Shown here piece after piece: positions 9,263 through 17,420 of a DNA stretch of 20,536 nucleotides (position 1 is its first letter; each line of letters begins with the position of its first letter). This DNA is from Thermodesulfobacteriota bacterium. GTDB taxonomy: Bacteria; Desulfobacterota; Desulfobulbia; Desulfobulbales; SURF-16. The translations under genes were made by a program, and so were the position numbers. The notes under the pieces were generated by a model that saw only the letters and a program-made list of their open reading frames with translations, did not search any database and was not told where the DNA came from. The DNA lies in the NCBI GenBank assembly GCA_039715015.1, contig JBDLIE010000048.1:1-20536 (forward strand), read 5' to 3'.

Positions 9263-10897
9263 ATGGCAACAACAAAAAAGCTGGTGCAGTGGGATCCTGC
9301 CGACATTAAGGCGGAACTTATAGCAAAGTATCCGCCCAAGGTGGCCCGCAAACGTGCCAAGCAGATAATGATAAATGAAGCCCTGCAGAATGATACCCCC
9401 TCGCTCACCGCAAACGTGCGCACCATTCCGGGGATTATCACCATGCGCGGCTGTACCTACGCCGGATGTAAAGGCGTTATCCTGGGGCCAACCCGTGATA
9501 TCGTCAACATCACCCACGGCCCTATTGGTTGTGGATTTTACTCCTGGCTCACCAGACGTAATCAGACCGATGCCGGGGCGGACGGCGCAAACTTTATGCC
9601 CTACTGCTTTTCGACGGATATGCAGGAACAAGACATCATCTTCGGCGGTGAAAAGAAGCTGGAAAAGGCGATTCAAGAGGCGTACGATCTCTTTCATCCC
9701 AAATCTATAGCCGTATTCGCTACCTGCCCCGTAGGTCTTATTGGCGATGATATCCACACCGTGACCGCCAACATGAAGAAAAAGCTCGGCGACTGTAATG
9801 TCTACGCCTTTTCCTGTGAAGGATACAAGGGAGTCTCCCAGTCAGCCGGCCACCATATCGCCAACAACCAGGTGTTCAGGCATATTGTCGGCGAAAATGA
9901 CGAGGAAAAACCAGGCAAGTACAAGATCAACCTGCTCGGCGAGTACAACATCGGCGGCGACGGGTTCGAGATTGACCGGATCTTTGCTAAATGTGGGATC
10001 AGCTGTATCTCCACCTTTTCCGGTAACTCCACTTATGATCAGTTTGCCTCTTCCCATACCGCTGATCTCAATGCGGTCATGTGTCACAGGTCGATTAACT
10101 ATGTAGCTGATATGATGGAGACTAAGTACGGCATCCCCTGGATCAAGGTAAACTTCATCGGTGCCAAGGCCACGGCCAAGTCTCTGCGCAAGATTGCCGA
10201 GTATTTCGGCGAGCAGGAGCTCATTGACAAAGTGGAAGAGGTCATTGCCGAAGAGATGCCAGCGGTTGAAGCATCACTTGTTGATATCTTGCCACGCACC
10301 GAAGAAAAAACAGCCATGATGTTTGTCGGCGGCTCCCGGGCCCATCATTACAAGGAGCTTTTTGACGAGCTTGGCATGAAGACTATCTCGGCCGGTTATG
10401 AGTTTGGCCATCAGGACGACTACGAAGGTCGCCAGGTGCTGCCCAACATCAAGCTCGATGCTGACAGCCGCAATATTGAGGAGATCACAGTCGAAGCAGA
10501 CGAGACCCGCTTCAAGCCACGCAAGACCGACAAAGAGATGAAGGCGCTTGATAAGGCCGGCTTCAAATTCAAGGAATATGACGGTCTGTCTGTGGATATG
10601 GACAAGGGCACCATCATTGTTGACGACCTCAATCAGTACGAGGCCGAGAAGCTGGTGGAAATCATGAAGCCGGATATCTTCTGCGCCGGTGTCAAAGAAA
10701 AGTACTCCATCCAGAAACTGGGTGTGCCCATGAAGCAGCTCCATAGCTATGACTCCGGCGGCCCATATGCCGGTTTCCAGGGTGCCATCAACTTCTACAA
10801 GGAGATTGACCGCCTGGTGAACTCCAGGGTTTGGAGTTATATGAAGGCCCCTTGGCAGAAGAACGCTCAGCTGACGGCATCGTACAACTGGGAGTAA
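9263..10897 (+). CDS. nifD: Nitrogenase MoFe protein alpha chain (long group II type, 544 aa)
   Basis: P-cluster Cys motifs RGCTYAG, GPIGC and ATCP; FeMo-co ligands VMCHRS and LHSYD; extra segment after YEFGHQDDY as in clostridial-type NifD. Confidence 0.98.
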   Translation: MATTKKLVQWDPADIKAELIAKYPPKVARKRAKQIMINEALQNDTPSLTANVRTIPGIITMRGCTYAGCKGVILGPTRDIVNITHGPIGCGFYSWLTRRNQTDAGADGANFMPYCFSTDMQEQDIIFGGEKKLEKAIQEAYDLFHPKSIAVFATCPVGLIGDDIHTVTANMKKKLGDCNVYAFSCEGYKGVSQSAGHHIANNQVFRHIVGENDEEKPGKYKINLLGEYNIGGDGFEIDRIFAKCGISCISTFSGNSTYDQFASSHTADLNAVMCHRSINYVADMMETKYGIPWIKVNFIGAKATAKSLRKIAEYFGEQELIDKVEEVIAEEMPAVEASLVDILPRTEEKTAMMFVGGSRAHHYKELFDELGMKTISAGYEFGHQDDYEGRQVLPNIKLDADSRNIEEITVEADETRFKPRKTDKEMKALDKAGFKFKEYDGLSVDMDKGTIIVDDLNQYEAEKLVEIMKPDIFCAGVKEKYSIQKLGVPMKQLHSYDSGGPYAGFQGAINFYKEIDRLVNSRVWSYMKAPWQKNAQLTASYNWE

Positions 10898-10923
10898 CCC
10901 TCTAAATTGAGCGAATAAAGTCA

Positions 10924-11034
10924 GGGGACAGATTTTATTTTTCCAGCTCCGAAGCCGGGGACAGAATGATTTTCACCAAACCCGTGAAATAAATTCAGTC
11001 CCCTCAAATCGGAGAAAAATTAAATCTGTCTCCC
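10924..11034. repeat. Nested GGGGACAGA-type inverted repeat (REP-like) element
   Basis: GGGGACAGATTTTATTTTTCC (10924) and GGGGACAGAATGATTTTCAC (10957), followed by inverted copies GTGAAATAAATTCAGTCCCC and AAAAATTAAATCTGTCTCCC. Confidence 0.75.
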
Positions 11035-11069
11035 GGTTCGAATCAACAAAAATCATTGAGGATAGATCA

Positions 11070-12443
11070 ATGTTATTACGACATACACCAAAAGAAATCA
11101 CCGAGCGCAAAGCCTTGACCATTAATCCGGCCAAGACCTGCCAGCCCATCGGTGCCATGTATGCGGCTCTGGGCGTCCACGGATGCCTACCTCATAGTCA
11201 TGGTTCCCAGGGCTGTTGTGCCTATCATCGCAGCACCTTAACCCGGCATTATAAAGAGCCTATCTCTGCCGCCACCAGCTCGTTCACCGAGGGTGCCTCG
11301 GTGTTCGGCGGTCAGGCCAATATGTTGCAGGCCATCAACAATATATTCAACGTCTATGAGCCAGAGGTGATAGCTGTTCATACCACCTGTCTGTCCGAGA
11401 CCATCGGTGACGATCTGCCCCAGATCAAGAAAAAGGCGGCGGACGAAGGCAAGATCCCTGAGGGTAAGCATGTTATCAGCTGTTCCACGCCGAGCTACGC
11501 TGGCTCCCATGTCACAGGCTTTGCCAGTATGGTTAAGTCCATGGCCATGATGGCCGAGACCACAGGCAAGAAGAACGGTAAGGTCAACATAATCCCTGGT
11601 TGGGTGGAGCCTGCCGATATGGAGGAACTCAAGCGGATGACTGCCGTCATCGGGGTCAATACCATTCTCTTCCCAGACACCTCCGGCGTGCTGAATGGCC
11701 CGCTTTCCGGCGAGTACAAGATGTTTCCTGAGGGCGGAACTACTGTTGCCGAGTTGCAGAGTTGTGGCGACTCCATGGGTACCCTGGCCCTGGGCGAATG
11801 GTGTTCGGCCGATGCGGCCAGGTCGCTCGATACCGCCCACAAGGTGCCCTGCTCGGTTTTGGACATGCCCTTCGGTCTCATGGCCACCGATCGTTTCATC
11901 GATGCCTTGCGGACCATTGCCGGGGTAAGCATCCCTGACGAGATCGCCCATGAACGCGGCCAGCTGGTGGACATGATTTCCGATATGCACCAGTACCTGT
12001 ATGGCAAAAAGGTTGCTCTTGTGGGTGACCCGGATCAGCTCATTGCCATGACCGAGTTCCTGGTCTCCATGGACATGAAACCAGTTCATATTGTCACCGG
12101 TACACCGGGCAAGAAGTTCGAGAAACGGATCAAGGAAATCACCAAAGACATGGGCTGCGAGGTCAATGTCAAGGCCAAGGGCGATCTCTTCCTGCTCCAC
12201 CAGTGGATCAAGAACGAGCCTGTGGATCTGCTGCTCGGCAATACCTACTGCAAGTATATTGCCCGTGACGAGGATGTGCCTTACGTACGCTGGGGTTTCC
12301 CCATCTTAGATCGTCAGGGTCATCAGTACTTCCCCACTGTCGGCTATAAGGGCGGCCTGCGTCTCCTTGAGAAGATTCTTGGTGTGTTGATGGATCGCAT
12401 GGATCGCGATGCCCCGGAAGAGAAGTTCGAACTTGTCCTTTAA
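11070..12443 (+). CDS. nifK: Nitrogenase MoFe protein beta chain (short group II type)
   Basis: INPAKTCQPIGA, HGSQGCCAY, HTTCLSETIGDD, STPSY, GFPILDR. Confidence 0.98.
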   Translation: MLLRHTPKEITERKALTINPAKTCQPIGAMYAALGVHGCLPHSHGSQGCCAYHRSTLTRHYKEPISAATSSFTEGASVFGGQANMLQAINNIFNVYEPEVIAVHTTCLSETIGDDLPQIKKKAADEGKIPEGKHVISCSTPSYAGSHVTGFASMVKSMAMMAETTGKKNGKVNIIPGWVEPADMEELKRMTAVIGVNTILFPDTSGVLNGPLSGEYKMFPEGGTTVAELQSCGDSMGTLALGEWCSADAARSLDTAHKVPCSVLDMPFGLMATDRFIDALRTIAGVSIPDEIAHERGQLVDMISDMHQYLYGKKVALVGDPDQLIAMTEFLVSMDMKPVHIVTGTPGKKFEKRIKEITKDMGCEVNVKAKGDLFLLHQWIKNEPVDLLLGNTYCKYIARDEDVPYVRWGFPILDRQGHQYFPTVGYKGGLRLLEKILGVLMDRMDRDAPEEKFELVL

Positions 12444-12452
12444 TTAATATCC

Positions 12453-12555
12453 GTAGGAGCACCCCAAGGGTATTTCCTCCGAGGCACCCGCCCCTGCGGG
12501 CGATAAGAATTCACGCTTCTTGGGGCGATCATCGCCCGCAGGGGCGGTCTCCTAC
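12453..12555. repeat. GTAG-type REP doublet; left copy split by a 27-bp insert
   Basis: Left GTAGGAGC[12461-12487]CCGCCCCTGCGGGCGAT versus right copy (12531-12555, reverse complement GTAGGAGACCGCCCCTGCGGGCGAT): 24/25 identical once the insert is removed. Confidence 0.8.
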
Positions 12556-12581
12556 ACCAATTTTTAAATTGAGTTTAACCA

Positions 12582-13739
12582 ATGACCATTATCCCCATCA
12601 AAGAAAATAGCGATGGTGGCGGCTGCGGCTGCAAGGTCCCGGCGTGGATCACCCTGCCGGTGGCCCCCCATGCCGCAGCCCGTTCCCGTTTCGGCGGGGA
12701 CGAGAAATTGCCCCAGGCGATTCCTCTTTATGGAGCCCTGACCTGGGTGGACGACCTGCAGGAAAGGGGTAGGTCCATCGCCGGGCTGGATATTAATGGC
12801 CCGGGAGATCCCCTGGCTACCCTGCCCATGACCTTGGAGATCCTGGCTATGCTGCGCGAGAAGCATCCGGAATTTGCCTTTGGGATTACCACCCTGGGCC
12901 TGGGTCTTGCCGAGAATGCTGATCTGTTGGCCGAGCATGGTGTGAGCAAGGTCACTCTGCTGGTGGATGCAGTTAAACCGGAGACGATGAAGAAGCTGTA
13001 TGCCTGGATTCGGCCCGGCAAACGGAATATGCCACTGGCCAAGGCCGCTGCAACCCTAATTGATGAACAGGGCAAGGGTATTTCGGCTTGCCACGCTGCT
13101 GGAATAGAAGTGGCTGTCCATACCACGGTTTATCTTAACGTCAATGAAGGAGAGGTGGAGGAAATAGCCCGCCTCGTCTCCAGCCTCGGCGCAGAGTCCA
13201 TGATCCTGTTGCCCGGCAAAGGCTGGTCTGAGGGTGAAGAGAAGCTCTCCCTGGCCTTGCCTGCACCAGAAACAATGGAGCGCCTGAGCGAGTCGGCGGC
13301 AGGGCACCTTACGACTGCCCAGCCCCTTAAAGCGGAAGGCCTTGGAGAAATAACACCCCAGGACTCCTGCGAAACCATGGCCCTGCCCAAGGCCACTGCT
13401 GACCGCCCCAATGTGGCGGCATTGAGCTCCAACGGCATGGATATCGATCTCCATCTGGGCCAGGCCATTAAGGCTCTGATTTATGGCCCAAGGGAAGACG
13501 GTTTGGCCTGTCTGCTTGAGGCCCGAGATTTGCCTGAGCCTGGCGGCGGCGAAAGCCGTTGGCAGCAGGTGGCCGAAACTTTAGACGATTGTTTTGTCCT
13601 TCTGGCGGAAAGTGCCGGCCAGAAGCCCCGCGACATTTTAGGCCGGCACGGCCTGCCTATCGTCCTCATTAATGACAATGTCGAAGGCACGGTTGACGTT
13701 CTTTATGGCGGCGGCAAAAAAGAAAAATGTAAAAAATAA
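12582..13739 (+). CDS. NifB-like protein: degenerate radical-SAM domain without CxxxCxxC plus C-terminal NifX/NifB-type domain
   Basis: Aligns by eye to NifB in this window: LPVAP, GPGDP, HGVSKVTL, KKLYAWIR, RPNVAALSSNGMDIDLHLGQA, LDDCFVLL. Confidence 0.85.
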   Translation: MTIIPIKENSDGGGCGCKVPAWITLPVAPHAAARSRFGGDEKLPQAIPLYGALTWVDDLQERGRSIAGLDINGPGDPLATLPMTLEILAMLREKHPEFAFGITTLGLGLAENADLLAEHGVSKVTLLVDAVKPETMKKLYAWIRPGKRNMPLAKAAATLIDEQGKGISACHAAGIEVAVHTTVYLNVNEGEVEEIARLVSSLGAESMILLPGKGWSEGEEKLSLALPAPETMERLSESAAGHLTTAQPLKAEGLGEITPQDSCETMALPKATADRPNVAALSSNGMDIDLHLGQAIKALIYGPREDGLACLLEARDLPEPGGGESRWQQVAETLDDCFVLLAESAGQKPRDILGRHGLPIVLINDNVEGTVDVLYGGGKKEKCKK

Positions 13740-13762
13740 ATTAAAATATCAACTCGTCAAAT

Positions 13763-13860
13763 CCCCTCTCCCAAGATTGGGAGAGGGGTGGAAATCTGAA
13801 GGAGTTCCATCCTTTCTGCTCACCCCTCATCCTAGCCTTCTCCCCTCGAAGGGGCGGAGT
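13763..13860. repeat. CCCTCTCCC/GGGAGAGGG-type palindromic intergenic element
   Basis: CCCCTCTCCCAA-GA-TTGGGAGAGGGG (13763-13788), then CCCCTCATCCTAGCCTTCTCCCCTCGAAGGGG. Confidence 0.6.
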
Positions 13861-13896
13861 AACTTAAGGAAAACGGAAATAATAAGGAGATACATC

Positions 13897-14202
13897 ATGG
13901 CAATCCCGGAAAGACAGATCATAGTCTGCCAGAGCTTTCGCGTCGCAGGTGACAAGAAAGGCATCTGCCATAAGCAGACGGACGGTTTTTTACAATACAT
14001 CGAAGAAGAGGTTCTTGATCGCGGCTTGGACTGTCTGATCACCGCCACCACCTGTCTTAAACAGTGTGACAGTGGGCCGATCATGGTCATTCAGCCTGAG
14101 AACTGGTGGTTCAAGGGTGTGAACAGCGAAGAGATAATCGATACCATCCTTGATGGTCTGGAAGACGGCGAACCTGCGGCGGAGTATCTCATCTCATCAT
14201 AA
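13897..14202 (+). CDS. Thioredoxin-like [2Fe-2S] ferredoxin
   Basis: IIVCQ...GICH...TTCLKQCDSGPIMVIQPENWWFKGV matches the thioredoxin-fold 2Fe-2S family; AAGGAG RBS before ATG at 13897. Confidence 0.88.
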   Translation: MAIPERQIIVCQSFRVAGDKKGICHKQTDGFLQYIEEEVLDRGLDCLITATTCLKQCDSGPIMVIQPENWWFKGVNSEEIIDTILDGLEDGEPAAEYLISS

Positions 14203-14222
14203 ATACTGAGCAAGGAGAAGCA

Positions 14223-14528
14223 ATGACCTCCAAACCCTTAGGAAAACTCAAAACTATCGTTGAGGCAGCAGGTACGGATATCTCCTATGCCTATGAGGAT
14301 CTGGTATTTCTGGCGCACAACTCCTTTCTGCTCCAGTTTACCGAAAGCGACAAGGAGATTCTGATCCATGTAAACAGCGAGGCAGATAGAGCTATGGTGA
14401 GTCGCGATACCGAAACATTAAAGGAGATCGGCCTCAGCCATGAAGTGCGCTTTGCAGATGGAAGTTTATACACCCTGACCCAGGATGATGATGAAAGCAT
14501 CCGCATCGAATTTGGGGAGTGCGCCTGA
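14223..14528 (+). CDS. Hypothetical protein (101 aa, acidic)
   Basis: AAGGAG RBS, tightly spaced within the operon; no motif I can assign. Confidence 0.8.
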   Translation: MTSKPLGKLKTIVEAAGTDISYAYEDLVFLAHNSFLLQFTESDKEILIHVNSEADRAMVSRDTETLKEIGLSHEVRFADGSLYTLTQDDDESIRIEFGECA

Positions 14529-14538
14529 AGGGCAGGCC

Positions 14539-15012
14539 ATGACAACTACTCGTATCCGCCCAGCCCAGACCGCCGATCTTGATGCGTTGGTGGGCCTGCT
14601 GCGTATCCTCTTTGCCCTTGAGGAGGATTTTGACTTTGACACAGTCTGCCAGCACCAGGGCCTTGCCATGATGCTGGCCCATGAGGGCGCCGTTATCATG
14701 GTGGCTGAGGCCGAGGGTCGGGTATTCGGCATGGCCACTGGCCAGCTCACCATATCAACGGCAGAGGGAGGAGCTGCCCTGCTGGTTGAAGATGTGGTGG
14801 TTGCCAAGAAATGGCAGGGCCTGGGTGTGGGGCGAAAATTGATGAAGGCCCTGGAGCAGTGGGCTGGAGAGAGAAAAATAGGGCGACTTCAGCTCCTTGC
14901 TGATCGCAAAAATAAAAACGGCCTGGAATTTTATAAGGCACTCGGCTGGCAGACCACGGAGCTTATTTGTCTCCGCAGGCGGCCTACCGGCGTAAAATTT
15001 GTGAGGAGGTAA
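14539..15012 (+). CDS. GNAT-family N-acetyltransferase
   Basis: TRIRPAQTADL N-terminus, VEDVVVAKKWQGLGVGRKLM acetyl-CoA motif A, NKNGLEFYKALGW motif B. Confidence 0.9.
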   Translation: MTTTRIRPAQTADLDALVGLLRILFALEEDFDFDTVCQHQGLAMMLAHEGAVIMVAEAEGRVFGMATGQLTISTAEGGAALLVEDVVVAKKWQGLGVGRKLMKALEQWAGERKIGRLQLLADRKNKNGLEFYKALGWQTTELICLRRRPTGVKFVRR

Positions 15013-15016
15013 AGCC

Positions 15017-15463
15017 ATGCTGCAAACACAGACATCCCCAGCGGTCAACTTGGTCGGCTTTAGCGATATCAAGAGAGATCCCATCGGCGGCTGGCAGGAG
15101 TTTCTGCAGGAGGGCAATCAATTTCTGGCCACGGCTACTAATGCTTATTCCGGAGGGCGTCAGGCCTTTACCTCCGAGATTCTCTACAACTTGGTGGCTA
15201 TGGCCATTGAAAAATTGATTATGGCCCTGCTCATGAAGAGCGGCAACCTACCCTATAACCACACTATGCACGATCTGGTGGAATCTATGGGTGAGTTTTT
15301 ACCCGGCGGCCTGGCCGGTCTTGGCGAAGAACTCAAATCTCTAGATGCCTTTCAAGAGATTTGTGATGTGGACAGCTATACCATCACACCTCCTACCATG
15401 GCCGAGGTGGCCGGTATGCTAGAGCTTGCCGGGGAAGTACAGGCCCTTACGACAAACCTATAA
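15017..15463 (+). CDS. Putative HEPN-domain protein
   Basis: Helical pattern MAIEKLIMALLMKSGNLPYNHTMHDL resembles the HEPN 'A.EK.lkA.l...g....tH.l..L' signature; GAGGAGG RBS. Family assigned by eye. Confidence 0.6.
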   Translation: MLQTQTSPAVNLVGFSDIKRDPIGGWQEFLQEGNQFLATATNAYSGGRQAFTSEILYNLVAMAIEKLIMALLMKSGNLPYNHTMHDLVESMGEFLPGGLAGLGEELKSLDAFQEICDVDSYTITPPTMAEVAGMLELAGEVQALTTNL

Positions 15464-15496
15464 GCAAATTAATCTTAATGTATAAGGAGAAAAACC

Positions 15497-15718
15497 ATGG
15501 CAAAGAAAGATGTTGAAGACCTACTTGTTGCCGGTGGCGAGGACAAAAATGTACGCGCTAAATACGATGTTCCCGCAACCATGGAGGAGTTTGTAACCCT
15601 GGCTGCTGAAGATGGCTACGACTTCACCGTTGAGGAGCTTGACTCTGTCCTCAAAGAATCGGGCGATGTTTTTGAGAAAAACGGCAACCCGGCCAAACGT
15701 CAGATTTGGTGGGTGTAA
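15497..15718 (+). CDS. Nif11-like small protein
   Basis: EEFVTLAAEDGYDFTVEEL matches the Nif11 leader motif; AAGGAG RBS. Confidence 0.8.
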   Translation: MAKKDVEDLLVAGGEDKNVRAKYDVPATMEEFVTLAAEDGYDFTVEELDSVLKESGDVFEKNGNPAKRQIWWV

Positions 15719-15801
15719 AGCCCATGTAATTTTGCTTATGATAGTGGTGGAAATGGCCCATAGTCATCATAGCTTTATACCAGAATAGATTTCCCCTTAA
15801 C

Positions 15802-15839
15802 CCACGACTCTCTTGCTTTTGAGAATCGTGGTTTTTTTT
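15802..15839 (+). terminator. Rho-independent terminator ending the nifH operon
   Basis: CCACGA-C-TCTC / GAGA-A-TCGTGG stem followed by T8. Confidence 0.75.
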
Positions 15840-15890
15840 GTCATTTCCCCTATAAACCAGACAAACAAAAGAGAATCCCCCTTTCCTTTT

Positions 15891-15906
15891 TGTAACCTTT
15901 CCTACA
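15891..15906. promoter_or_regulatory. NifA UAS for nifENB
   Basis: TGT-aacctttcct-ACA, exact TGT-N10-ACA, ~90 bp upstream of the promoter. Confidence 0.78.
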
Positions 15907-15995
15907 ACTCCCTCCCCCTCTCTCACAACCTCACAAATCACCAAAACGCAATCTATACCCCTGATCTAGCGCCATTCCAAAAGAAAAAATCCTTC

Positions 15996-16011
15996 TGGCA
16001 CAGCCATTGCT
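15996..16011 (+). promoter_or_regulatory. sigma54 promoter of nifENB
   Basis: TGGCACAGCCATTGCT, GG-N10-GC. Confidence 0.85.
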
Positions 16012-16064
16012 CTCTACTGTTATCAACGTCTACCCACGACAGATAACTCAACGAGAGAATATAT

Positions 16065-17420
16065 ATGGAAGCTGCCCTCAAAGAACGCCAAGACCAGATC
16101 CACCGCACCGGTGAGCAGCCCTTTAACCTGGTCTGTAATAAAGATTCCCTGGCCGGGGCGGTCAGCCAGCGGGCCTGCGTGTTTTGCGGCTCGCGGGTGG
16201 TGCTCTACCCCATTGCTGATGCCCTCCACCTTGTCCACGGCCCAATTGGCTGTGCGGTCTATACCTGGGATATCAGAGGAGCCCTGTCTTCCGGACCGGA
16301 ACTCCACCGCCTCTCCTTTTCCACTGACCTGCAGGAAATGGATGTCGTCTTTGGCGGCGAGAAGAAGCTCTATGCCGCCCTTACCGAACTTATAGAGCGC
16401 CATAGCCCCAAGGCCGCCTTTGTCTATTCCACCTGTATTGTCGGCATTATTGGTGATGATCTGGAGGCGGTGTGTAAGAAGGTAGAGGAAGAGACCGGCA
16501 TCCCGGTGATCCCTGTGAAATCAGAAGGCTTTAAAGGCAATAAGCGGGCTGGTTATACTGCGGCCTGCAATGCTATGGCCCGGCTCATCGGCACCGGCGA
16601 CACCACGGGCATCTCCCCCCATTCTATTAATATCCTCGGCGACTTTAACCTGGCTGGCGAGATCTGGATGATCCGCGATTATTTCAACAAGATCGGCGTT
16701 GAGGTGGTGGCCAACATCACCGGCGATGGCCGGGTGGCTGATATAAAGCGGGCTCATGGCGCTGCCCTGAACGTGGTGCAATGTTCCGGCTCCACAATGG
16801 ACTTGGCCCGGATGATGGAGGACGAGTATGGCGTGCCTTCCATGCGGGTCTCCTATTTCGGCGTTGAGGATATGGCCCAGGCCCTCTATGACGTCGCCTC
16901 TCATTTTAACGATCCTGACATCCTCCGCCGCACCCAGAAGCTGGTCAAGGAAGAGCTTGAGGTTCTGCTTCCCAAACTTGAATTCTACAAAAAGGCGCTG
17001 ACCGGCAAGAAGGCGGCCATCTATGTGGGCGGCTCTTTTAAGGCCTTTTCCCTGGTTAAGGCCTTCCGGCTGGTGGGCATGGAGGTGGTGATGGTCGGTT
17101 CCCAGACTGGCACTGAAGAGGAGTACAGGGAGCTTGCCGAGATCACTGACCCGGGCACCATCATTGTTGATGACACCAACCCTCTGGAACTCACCAGTTT
17201 TCTTGAAGAAAAAGATGTGGATATCTTTGTGGGCGGCGTCAAGGAACGCCCTATTGCCTATAAGCTGGGGGTTGGTTTTTGCGACCATAACCATGAACGC
17301 AAGGAGGCCCTGGCCGGCTTTGTCGGCATGCTTAATTTCGCCGAAGAGGTCTACTCATCGGTGATGAGCCCGGTCTGGCGTTTTACCGAAAGGTTTAAAA
17401 GAGGTAGTTCAGATGACTAA
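16065..17420 (+). CDS. nifE: FeMo-cofactor scaffold subunit NifE
   Basis: SQRACVFCGS, HGPIGCAVYTWDIRG, YSTCIVG, VQCSGS; paralogous to NifD. Confidence 0.96.
   Translation: MEAALKERQDQIHRTGEQPFNLVCNKDSLAGAVSQRACVFCGSRVVLYPIADALHLVHGPIGCAVYTWDIRGALSSGPELHRLSFSTDLQEMDVVFGGEKKLYAALTELIERHSPKAAFVYSTCIVGIIGDDLEAVCKKVEEETGIPVIPVKSEGFKGNKRAGYTAACNAMARLIGTGDTTGISPHSINILGDFNLAGEIWMIRDYFNKIGVEVVANITGDGRVADIKRAHGAALNVVQCSGSTMDLARMMEDEYGVPSMRVSYFGVEDMAQALYDVASHFNDPDILRRTQKLVKEELEVLLPKLEFYKKALTGKKAAIYVGGSFKAFSLVKAFRLVGMEVVMVGSQTGTEEEYRELAEITDPGTIIVDDTNPLELTSFLEEKDVDIFVGGVKERPIAYKLGVGFCDHNHERKEALAGFVGMLNFAEEVYSSVMSPVWRFTERFKRGSSDD

Noticed and set aside
10924..11034. CRISPR array
   Set aside because: The units are inverted and degenerate rather than regularly spaced direct repeats, and no cas genes are present.
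10898..11069. vnfG/anfG delta-subunit gene, i.e. an alternative nitrogenase
   Set aside because: The spacer is too short and filled by inverted repeats; NifD motifs, nifEN and modABC indicate Mo-nitrogenase.
11238..12200. 320-aa antisense ORF in nifK, and similar ones such as 16521-17294, 1452-2081 and 4280-4876
   Set aside because: They fully overlap conserved genes on the opposite strand and have no recognisable motifs; shadow ORFs from codon bias.
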